From: Podarcis cretensis
Taxonomy: Eukaryota
Length of the DNA: 64,000 nucleotides
Direction: 5' to 3'
Assembly (NCBI GenBank): GCA_951804945.1
Contig: OX638150.1
Coordinates: 42,656,001-42,720,000, forward strand
The notes under the pieces were generated by a model, which did not search any database, had not been told where the DNA came from, and was given only the letters and a program-made list of their open reading frames with translations. This document shows, piece by piece, positions 36,501 to 48,500 of the stretch. The stretch's first letter is position 1. Each line of letters starts with the position of its first letter. Both the position numbers and the translations under genes were made by a program.

Positions 36501-39500
36501 TACAGCTGCCCCATACAACTATGATGCTGCCAGTGTTGCTGCAACTACCTGGGACGCTCCTAAAGCTACCGACATGACAATGAGTGCTGAGATGGGCTCT
36601 CGCATGCCAGTTGTGAATTATGGTAGTGGGGCAGTGGGCACAGAAAACTCTGACTCCATTATAGCAAAAATAAACCAGCGTCTGGATATGCTGTCAAAGG
36701 AAGGCAGTGGTGGTCCTGGGGAAGGCATGGAAGATCAGGGAAGGTAAACTAAAGATTCTCCTCATCTCTGAAAAACATATTTCTAGTTCTCAATTGAACT
36801 TTAATTTGTTAAAAACAAGAATTGGTAGAACAATATTCATTACTTGATATGTAGATAGTAGCTTAACATTGGTACAGTTAAACAAATGCTATAGTTTCTG
36901 ATGACAAAGCTTTCATGCAAGAGAAGGCAACTTGTTGAAGAGAGGGTCTGCTGCCTTCTCTTGTTGAGGCATCAGCTCAACAAGAGATTTTCAAACAGGG
37001 TTTTCATAATAGTGCCTTGAAACCACATAGAAAATACATGTTATGTAACTTTCATAATTTGTAAGGGTCCCTGGTTGTCTAACAGATACAGGTTGTTTCC
37101 TTCTACTTTTGTTGTAGAATGCGTTGCTCCTTATTCCAATACAGTGAACATATAAAGCTATTTTATGCAGAGTCAGATCATTGATCTATCTAGTTCAGTG
37201 TTGTCTTCTCTGAATAGGAGTAGCTTTCCAGGCTCTTTGGTAAAGGTCATTCTCAGTCCTTTTACTTGTCTTTTTTTAACCTGGAGATTCCAACCTTTGG
37301 AACCTTCTGCATGCAAACATGTACTCCATCACTAAGCTATTTCCCCTTCTTTGTAGAGAAGCAAATAAACTTTCAGAGGGCCTCCAGCATGCAAATTTAT
37401 ATCTGTGCCAAGTCTGTTCGGACTACCTGTCAAGTCCTCTATAACTACTGACTGAATTCTTTGCTTGTAATACAGCTCTTTCAGATTTGAGTCTTATGAG
37501 TCCTATGACTCTAGAGCATCAGTGCCTGATCGTGACCTGTACAGAACCAGCTATGACTATAATGAAGTTGGATCAGATCGGAATGATTCTTTTGGAAGCC
37601 GTTATGATGATGTTGGTGACCGCAGAGATCAGCCCCGCAACAGAGGAAACAACTATGGCTTTGCCAGAGGGAGGGCCCAGAATCGAGGGCACCTAAACAC
37701 TTTCAATCGTGACCACTTCATGCCATCAAGTACAGAACGGATGTCTGCACAATGGAATGAGATGAATTACATGGGTGGAAGGAATATGGAAGGACCTGGA
37801 CCCAACCGGCTTCCATCACTATTTTCCCAAGCACTCGTCCCAGAGTATAGAGATTATGGTGATTATGGAGACTACGGAGACTATGGCAACTATGGGGATT
37901 ATGATTACGGCATGATGGGAATGCAAGGAATGGGAATGGGAAGGTTTCCTGGGAACATGCCCTATGGCTTCAACAGATCACGTGGCAGAGTAAGTTTAGC
38001 ACACTAACCTTAGGAACTCTTACATTTATAGCTGTTTCAGTAGTTGTAAATCATCAGATTGGTTCAGTGATTAACAAGAGAAAATGGTCTTATTTTTATG
38101 TAGGATGTATAATATAACACCATTTATTTTTATTTTTCATTGCAATAATTGGAAGTGATATTGACAAAATAGTGATGTTTTTGTTTTATTGGAACTGAGA
38201 TGAACTGCTTGAAAAAATGCCTGCTTGTGAGGTAGCGATATATGGGTGTTCCTTGGGTGCATGGGTTGGGCTTTATTCTTTACTAAGGAAATGCATGAAA
38301 TGTATTTTTGTGAAAGAGGACATTTATAGCAGGAAACTAATGCATTCCTGGGGGTCCTGGCAAGTGCCAACAAACTGGCCAAGCATGTATTGCTCTTTTT
38401 TTCTTTCTAGCCAAAGAGAAGACCATTCCGTGGTCGTTTTGGTGGGCATTCAGATTTTGAAAGTGGATTACGCAAACGGAAACATTCCCAAAGTGGAGAT
38501 GAACCAGACAGCAAACAGACAAAGACAGAAAGTGAAAGAGGTTATTCTGACAATGGTAATGTTTTGATTTTGTTACATTAGGGACTAGTCTCCTTTTTTC
38601 TCATCCTTTGCTTTGGTACCAACCTATTTGTCTTCTAATCATTTATTAAATATGTCATTATAAATCCTACTTCTTCGATGTGCTACTATAAAATATAGTA
38701 CTTTACAGCAATATTACAGTTCACCAAATAAATAAATGGCCTGCATCGCTGTAGTAAGATGGAGAAGAGTTGGGAAATATATGCTAGCAAGTAAATTTCT
38801 CAGCAGATGGAAACCAAATTTCCACTTTAAATGATCTCAGAAGAGTGCTATGTTTAGACTATAAAATAAAATGAACTTTTCACAGTAGTTGAATGGTGTC
38901 TTGTGTATTGACAGATAATGGTGAAGGAGAGGACAAATCAGGAGATGAAAGAGATAAAGGTGTAAGTAACTTTCTCAAAAGTATCTGGATTTTCAGAAGT
39001 GATCATTTAAAGTGATGAATGTTTTGGATTGCTGACATTGTAATGCAGCATATTTTACATTGAGCTTTTAAGAGATGTAAAATTAATTACTTTGTGTAAT
39101 CCCTCTCTCCCTTTTTTTAAAGGAGCATGAGAGAAGCAATGAAGATCTAAAGAGGAAAGGTAGGGTTTAATTCATTTGGCAGGCCTATATTAACTTTCCA
39201 CTTGAAAGTTATGAGGGATTGTTATGAGGGATTGTGGAGTGGGTAGGAATTCCATTCTGATCTTCTATGGAGGCCATTACAGTGGTACCTCAGGTTACGA
39301 ACAGTCCTGCTTATGAATGCTTCGGGTTACAAATTTACAAACCCAGAACTTTACCCCAAAATATGAACGCAATCCACTTCCAGGGCCGCGGGAGGCCTAT
39401 GTAGGGAATGCGCGCCTCGGGTTAAGAATGCTTCAGGTTAAGAATGGACTTCTGGAATGAATTATGTTCGTAACCCAAGATACCACTGTAGATGCAACTG

Positions 39501-42500
39501 GCTAAAATTAATTTGAACTCAAAAACTTGTAACATCAATATTAACACCTTAGGGGAGATAGTATTGTAGCATTCATGTATCTTCCTTAGAAGCAGTGACT
39601 AGCCAGGTGTCTCTGAAAACTGAAAATATTATATCATCCTCAGCTTAATTTTTTTTATTTTAGTTTTCTTGCCAATATTCAACAAATTAGTGATAATTCC
39701 TGTTTTAAAGCCATCTAAAGCTGATAGTCATCACTGCATCATGTGACAGTGAATTCCATAACATATTAATTGGGTAAATAAATACTCTACTCTACTCTAA
39801 AATCTACTCTTTTCAGTCCCAAGCTCCAGCATTATCCACATATTATGAGCTGGGTTTTGTAACTTAGTATGGATGCGTGAGGGTTCCAGAAGAAGAGAAC
39901 ATGGACTCCTCACCTGGTGTTCTTCTGCTGTGCTGCCTTGAGCTAAGCTATAGTTTGCCCTAAGGTGTAAACCTAAGAACAAATCTTGATTACAGTTTGT
40001 ATTTCATATGGAGCAAGATTAACCAGAAGGCCGAGTTTGGACAACATTCTAAGCTGGACCATGGCTTAGCCCTGTGCAATGCAGCAGCAGGAAAGTGGCT
40101 GAAACCACCTCTCATATAGAGTTGGAAGGGACCCCAAGGGTCATCTCGTCCAACCCCCTACAATGCAGGAATCTTAGCTAATACATCGTGACAGAGACTC
40201 TGTAGACAGCACATTCACACTATGCCCATTAGTTGGCTTAGTTGTCCAGTAACCAGTTTTCATTCCCTGGGCCATTTGTTTAGCTTGATAGAAACATGAA
40301 GAAAGATATTAGTGAACTGTATAGGTATACCCAGCTGTTTCAGCACATCTGGATGTATTTCTTATAGTTGTAGTGTGTGTTGTGTTGTTGAAACATACAT
40401 TACTATTTTTGAGACTACATTGTTTCAATTTTCTGCTTCTGTTACTGTTTGTTTATTACAACATATTTATTATGTATCTCTTGTCTTCCTAAGAAGCTCA
40501 GAGAGAAATGTTAGTGTCCATTCAACCTGTGATTGAGATTGACTTTCTCAAGGCAACCCAGTGAACTTCAGAGTTGACTAGGGATATGAGCGTGACTGTT
40601 CCCCACTCCACCTTCTTCCATGGCACTAGCTAAGAACCATTCAGAGGACTGACATAAGCATGACTAACAGAAAGCAGTTTCACTGTGGCAGTATTTCTTA
40701 TGAGAATAGCCCTCATGCCTATGTTGTATATCATGAGGGAGGCTATGGCTGTGTTGAAAAAGTGCAATTTAATGAATAATGTAAATAATATTTGTGAATT
40801 ACACTTGCCATATGAAACACTGATAGAGGTAAGTGCTTTTTTTATTGCCTTCACATGGTAGATCTTTAATTGACCCTTAGAAAAGCAAATCAAGGAAAGA
40901 GGAGAGGAGAGATTAGAAGGTACAATATTTTCATCCCGTGACATTGTAATGCAGTTGAACGTTAGTTCTTAAAGAACTGCCTTAAATTTAACTTTCTGTA
41001 GCATCTGGTGATGGCATTGATGATGATGATGAAGAGTCAAAACAAAGAAAAGAGAAGCAGAGGCAGAGGGATCGAATGCGTGATCGTGCTATGGACAGGT
41101 AACTGAACAGATTAGAGCTCTTACATCTTTAAACATCTTTGGCTTAAAATTCATTTTAACTTAAATTCCTGCTTCATACATAAAATTAAACCCACATTAC
41201 AGGTAGCCTTTCGAAATATGGCTGCGGTAATTGAGAACATTCTGTTGTTTCTCCAGGAATATTCTCTAAAGTTTCTTGGGCCGTCTCTTTCTCTTTTTTT
41301 CTTTTTCTTTTTCTTTCTTTTTTTTTCTTTTTTCTTTTTCCTTTTTTTTTTTTTTTTTTTTGCTGCTACCCTGCAAGTTTGCTTTCCAGCTCAAGGAAAA
41401 CAAATGGCTCTTGCTATGTAAAATTTAGTTTCATACATTGTCTTTTAAAGTGCTAATAAAATGTATAAATAGTAACAATTTGAAAATATCGTTGTGAACT
41501 GTTTTGGGCTACCTAGTTGAAAAGGTAGTGTAGAAATTAATAATTTAATTAAAATAATGGTTGCTTAATGGTAGCCAGCTGAGATTCTATAGGACTTGCC
41601 CATGCCATGCCCATGTTTTATGTGACTCCTCTGTCCTCCTTTACCCACTTCCAAAATTCTGTATTTATCAAAATGTAAATACGGTACTTCATCTTGCATC
41701 CCATACATGTCTACAAGGCTGATTATATCTTTGGTTGTTTCCAGATTAAGTAGGCTTGCTCAACACATTTTTTCCTTTTCCCTCCCTTCCAAAATGTATG
41801 TAATTCTGTAATACAGGCAAATACTCTTCTGGAAGGTTAATTGGTTATATCAACTAATATTGCATTTCAGTATTTCCATAACTGTGTTTGTGTGTGTGTG
41901 TGGTTTCTAAGGATGGCACTTCAGTTTGAGAAACTTTAAAACCTTAATTGCCTAGAGTAGTTTCCCCCCCCCCCCATTTTTCTCCTTTCCATGTGTGTGT
42001 GGCCTGGAGGCATGGGTAGAGGAAGAAGAATGGTGGATTACACGAGTCAAGCAGGGGTGTGAAGGAGGTCCAGAAGGTTTTATGTCTTATGCCTGTTTTA
42101 TAAAACTTGGTTGAAATGGACTGCTGCTCTTCAGGAGAGATGCTTTCTTAGTGTATGGAAACTCCTGTGGATAGAACCTAAGAATTACAGCACTCTTGTG
42201 TTGTGTGATGAAAACTTACATTGCTAATGTTGTGATATTGCTGTTATTAGATAATTTCAAAATATTAGTAAACTCCAGATGAAAATAGATTGTAGCAAAG
42301 TAATGCATAGTTTGCTATAATAAACAAACAGTACAACCCTAGATTGAAGCAGCAAAGGAATCTGGTAGACAGAAAGTTTCTTAGGTTCTGTTAGGACAAT
42401 AGTTGAGTTTATGGAATTTATTTTTCATGTATTGAATTTCATAAATAATGTGTACTAAAAATCAAATTCAATGCCTTCCTTTAGAATCCAGTTTGCTTGC

Positions 42501-45500
42501 TCTGTATGTAAATTCCGAAGCTTTGATGATGAAGAAATGGAGAAGCATCTACAGAGCAAATTTCACAAGGAGGTCCTGCGATACATCGGGACCAAACTGC
42601 CTGACAAGACTGTAGAATTCCTGCAGGTATGCTTATTTGGGATTTTAAGTTGTGAACAAAAACAACTATCGGGTAACTGAACTGCTTCTGCTATCCAGTA
42701 ATTGCGATTAATGCCCAAATAATTGCTACTGGTTATTTTTGTAAGTTTTTCTTAAACTAGGTCAGGCTTCCTCAACCTTAGCCCTCCAGATGTTTTGAGA
42801 CTATAATTCCCATCATCCCTGACCACTGGTCCAGCTAGCTTGGGATCATGGGAGTTGTAGGCCAAAAACATCTGGAGGGCCGAGGCTGAGGAAGCCTGAA
42901 CTAGGTTTTTTGTCAAGTTACTATCAAGTAATTTGTTAATGCAGCATGTTTCTGGATAGTAGTGTCTAACTGGTTAGTCATTAGGGCTTAAGTTGATGAG
43001 TCCCACCTGAAAGTGTGAAGGAAAGATTGAAACAGAACTGTTAAGAAGCCATTATCCAGTGAACTACATAGTGATTGGAGATCACTAATTTGAGTGATTA
43101 GTGTATAGTTGCAATGTCACCTCTAGCTGGACTTTTTACTCAGTTTTGGAGACAGTGACTTAGCTGATTACACATATTTTCTCCTTTACAATCCCCAGAA
43201 ATATATAGTGAACAGAAATAAGAAAATTGGGAAGCGCCGACAAGAGCTAACGGAGAAGGATGGTCCAAAACAAAAACCAGATCCTTTCAAAGGTAAGCGG
43301 AACACTATTAAGAATTCTCAATCCACCACCTAGAAAGTACAGTGCAGAAATCTCAACTAAAGCATCCATGACAAATGGTCATACAAACACTGCTTAAAAA
43401 TCTCTAGTGAAGGTGAGTCCACCACCTTCCGATGGATTAGGCAGGCTGTTAACTGTTGCTGTGAGTTAGAGAGTTTGTTTCCTGCTTGGCAGGGGGTTGG
43501 ACTCGATGGCCCTTGTGGTCTCTTCCAACTCTATGATTCTATGATTCTATGAGTACCCAGTTATTAAGAGCAGAGATGTTTTGACCAAAAAACAAGGTTA
43601 TACCCATTGTTGTAATAGTTCCCCCTATGTTTGGGCCATGTTGCCCTAGGATGTTATAGGGACAGACGAGCTAATGCTTGTGAGGAGTTTTGCAGTAGTA
43701 GCTGGGGGTTTTTTAATGGCATGACCATTATTGCTGTAGTGAGTTTTTTGCATTGGCCTTTGAATTCTCTTCTAGTTTCTCTGACCAACTGTTTCTTAGT
43801 TTGTATGCTTAAAATGATTAACGTAGCCAATTTCTTGAGAAATAACATACTACACCATTTTAATAGTTTATGTTCAGTTGTGTGCATCTAATTTGTGTTT
43901 GTACCATTTCAGGAATTGGCCAGGAGCACTTTTTTAAAAAGATAGATGCTGCTCATTGTATGGCTTGTGATATGCTAATTCCTGCACAACATCATCTTCT
44001 CCAGAGACACCTGAGGTCTGTTGATCACAACAGGAATCGCAGAGTAAGCAGTATTAGTATTTTCTATATGATTGATTAATGAAGTGCATTGATTTAGAAA
44101 GCAGTCCATGTGTGCTTGCTTAGCAAGTCCCACAAACTGCATGGGGCTTACTTGCTAGTGTGTTTAGTAATGCAGGCTTAGAAATTCTTTGATTGATTGC
44201 TATTCCATACCTGACACTTTTTTCAAATCTGGGATTTGCTTCTCAATTACAATTGAAAACTTATTTATGAAGGCATGACTAACCTGCTTTTTGGTTGCTA
44301 ATAAATGATAGTATAGCATAGATTGGAATATATTTCTGTGCAGCATTTCATTCAGAAAAATTGCAAAGCAGCTTACAAACAGTAAATAACAATAACTTAA
44401 TAGAAAATCACGATAGCAACATAAAGCATGTAAAATAATGAACAACTCATCAGTAAAACAATTACAAACCATCAATAAAACATTTAAAATCCATAAAACA
44501 CTTAACAAAAGAACTAAAAAAAAAGCTAAACAGCACAATTACAACAAAAAGTATATTATAGGGTTCACAACATTCATAATGTATAAAACAATATTGGCAA
44601 CATTAGCAAAATAGCAATTAAAAATTATCTTAGGACTGATTAATTCATACACACCCTCACCACCTCCATGACTCATAATCTTCCACTCTATTCAGTTCAC
44701 TAAAGGACACTTAAACATAATGCCTGTGGGAGCAACTCCATTCTGAAGGCTCTTAGGCTGGAGGGTGGGGCAAGGCATTGCCTGATGGCCATCATAAAAT
44801 CTCCCTTTTTCTCTCCTATGTCTGGGACTCAACTTAAGAGTTATTTCACTATATAGGAAAAGCAAGTGCAGGTGATTTGAATGCCTTCTGGGTGAGTCAT
44901 GGCTCTTAGCTCAAGGGCATGAGTGTCTCTGTATCTCCTTTTCGAAATATGAAAACTATCAGACCACTTTCGTGAGGTTTCAGCAAAACATTCTTTTATG
45001 TACACTCTACTTTTTAAAAAGTGCCAATAATATGCATGGTTTTTCCAGTTTGAGAGACCATAATAATGACACCTGTAGCTACAAAAGAGGAGAACTTTAT
45101 TGGAGTATGAGTAAAGTTACAGTGCTTGATTTTTCCTTATAGTACCTGAAAGACTTAAGTCTGTGATAGGGCTAGGAACAGTGATAGGCAGAATAGAGGA
45201 ATACATAGGCTACATAGATTACACCTACATTTGATAAACGCTTGAATAGTTTGATGGCACATGTGTAACTTGCCATGTTACAACTGAAACTTGGATATAA
45301 CAGCTTCTACTTCGGCCTAAAAGAAAATTTAGCCAACGTATCTTCATTGTGTAAGATGAGAAGGTGCAAATTGGTTCTGTACTTATGCAGTATGTATTGA
45401 AGTTTCCCTTATGAAATATCAATACAGTAAAGCACTATTAAATATAAACAGTTGGATAAAAGCACTATAGAAACCTCATTTCGGTTTTGGTTACACTTCT

Positions 45501-48500
45501 GATAGTGAAATAAGCCACCTTTGGTAGTAAAGATGCCCAAATAAATCTATTAGTTCATATAAAGCATACTCACTTTTTATAAACTTCCGTCATTTTGATT
45601 ACTGTGTATTGGAACCAGAGTTGCCCTTCTGTTCATTGAAGCTATTCCATTTGTTGAAGGGACTGCAATCCAGCAGAAGCTTCTGCTGGAGGAAGAGCTG
45701 TTTTTTGTTTTTGTCATTTTATAGAGATACTTCAAACATAGAACAAAACCCTAGCTCCAGCATAATGTAAGTTGAAAATGCCTAGGGAGAAGCATCACCA
45801 GGAAGTCTATGGCAAGAGCTTTTCACTGACCATATTTACTCTTAAGTATTTTTTCTTTTACAAAGTCTTGAGTGCATAGTGCCGCAAAAGTGATGGCTGT
45901 AAAATAAGGAAGATAACCAGAATTGCAGCATTCTTATTTTCTACTTAGGCATCATATTGACTTGTGTTTCTACACTTCCTAGATGGCAGCTGAACATTTC
46001 AAGAAGGCTAGTTTCCACGTAGCTAAGAGTGTTCTGAATAGCAAGCACATTGTGAAAATGCTAGAAAAGTACCTCAAGGTAAGTAAGTAAGCAGGATGTT
46101 TGCTGTGTAGTCCTGCTTTTTCACAGAGCAAGAGCGCAGGAGCTTCAGCTTGGCCTCAACAGAGCATTACAGTAATATTGCTGAGTGTGCTGCATGTGTC
46201 TTTTCACATAAGATGGAGGGAAGCAAAATTATTTCTTTGCTTTCTTATGTATAATCTGAGCCTTGATTAGTGTCTTCCTCTCTAGCATTCACTCCCACTC
46301 CTCCCAGATGTGTTGGATACTCATACTAGCAGACACTGGCTGTATTCACACATTACACTAAACTGTAGTTAAAGGCTTAAAATGAATGCATATACAGGTT
46401 TCATTCACTCCTCCCCAAGCAGTGCAAGCAGAAGCGAGAAATGGCAGTCCCTGGTTTAGCATTATGTCCAAACCTGGGGTCATGGTTTATTTCACAGCAA
46501 ACAAATCATGATTAGGAAACCAAGAACAAACCTTGGATTCACAATGATTTGCTAGAAGTGAAACAAACCACAATCCCAGGTTCAGGCATAATGCTAAACT
46601 AGGGATCTGCATTTTTATGGCAAACCATTTACTGTGATGTGTTAACGTGGCCAGTATAGAAGAAATTTATAGCTGCTTACAACTAGATTAATTAGCAAAA
46701 TAAATACTATCCTCAGGCTACCCTCTGCTAATATAAAATATAGCTGTGTTGAGGGGGAGCATTGTGCCCAACCTAAGCACCGCTTGAAAATTTATCTGGT
46801 TGGTTGAGAAAAAGCATTTTTTTCTTGCTCACAGCATGGAGTGGACTTTCTTGAGTAGAAAGGTAATGCTGATTTCCCTAATGAGTTTTCAGTTTTCGTG
46901 TTAAAGAAAATTAACTTGGGAACAGCATCCAAAGTCAAAGCAAATTTTGTTAGTCCCAATGTTATTCCAAATATCACATGTGGGAGAAAGTTGACATCAG
47001 ATGATCTGATCTCAACTGTTGGACAGTGCATGACATGAGTGAGACGGGGCCTCTCCAAAATATTTCACTATGGCTCTGTAAATCAAACTAGACTTTTCCC
47101 CTGCTGAGAATGGAAAAGACGCCACTTATCTCCAAAGCAGGGATGTGATGAGCCAATAATGGGAAGTGTGGTAGCCTAGATGAGTATTTGCAGGTCATGT
47201 GGAGACTCCTGTGTGACCATTGAGGGTTTGCTGATGTAGCATACATGGCCATATGTAATTGGTGAGTTCCACTTTTGATAGGAAAGCCTGCAGCCATCTG
47301 ACCAGGTGAAGACGAAAAGAAACAAGTTTGGCTGCTCCTATACCTGGGAATCCAGGAGCATCCCAAGATTCAACAGGACCCTCTCATGGCAAGCATAACT
47401 AATGGGGGAGCAGATGTTGTCATTTCCTCTACATGTCTGCTCTGTCCCTATGGCAACACTTCGGTCTTAACCAGACTGAGTTTCTGCCAATTAACTAGTC
47501 TCTGCTAGACAGACACTAGTAAAACTGAGACTCTGCTCTCTGGGTCCAGTGAAAAAAAATAAGCTGAGCACATCAGCTTGTAGTTGACACTGATGGCCTG
47601 TTTACTGAGGCTGTGTTCCCCCAGCGGCCTCTCATACACGTTGAACAAGAGGGGTGACAGAATAAACCCTGCGTAGCTCGCATGAGAGAGCCCTTGGGGC
47701 AGATGAGCAGTTGCCCAGTGCCACCCTCTGGGATCTCTCGGAGGAAAAAATGGAACCACTCAAGCGCAACTCCGTCTACCCCTGCTAGGGTCCGCAGGTG
47801 CCTCAGCAACACCTCATGATCAACAGTATCAAAGGCTGCCGACAGGTCTAACAGAATCAGCATGGACACCTGAACTTTGTCCATCAGCAGGAGGAGATCT
47901 TCGACCCACCCAGCACAGTCTCCGTACCATACCCAGGTGCAAAACCAGGCTGAGAGGGGTGAAGGAAATCTGAGGATTCCAGGTAATGCCAGAGCTGCCC
48001 CATCAAAAATCTTCTCAGCACCTTCCCCAAGAAAGGAAGGCTGGAGGCAGGGTGATGCAGTTGGCATCAAGAAATTATTCTTGAACATTGGCATATTACT
48101 TCCTCCCTTAAAGGATGCTGGCACCTTGCCCTTCCTGAGGAAGCTTTTGACTTTGAATCCCCACCCCTTTAATTGGCGATTAATGGACACATCCAAATCG
48201 CGGGGTAGAGCCTAGAGCTCTGAAACTTACAGAACATCAGTGAATAAAGCTGGTTGGCTGATTTTCAGTCAAAGAAGATGGCGCTACTTGTCTTTCACCT
48301 GCATGGATCTTCTTTCATGGAGGCAGTTAGTCTCCAACTGGGTCATAAAATATAAATGTTTAGTTGCTAGGTGCAGAAATCCTTGGCAGTACTGTATCTG
48401 GCCCAATTTTTGTGGGTTGGGACTGCATGGATATAGATGGAAAAGCAGGACTCCAGAAGAGAACTTGGAACTCATGTGCCTCATGAGTATTGTGGTTCAG

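Noticed and set aside
44330-44630. A/C-rich tract with a hydrophobic minus-strand ORF
   Set aside because: Low-complexity sequence, probably a retroposon tail remnant; not a credible membrane protein
47573-48196. 207-aa ORF with a reverse-transcriptase motif as a functional or domesticated gene
   Set aside because: RT motifs are split across frames and no intact YADD-type motif is visible; it is a decayed LINE fragment
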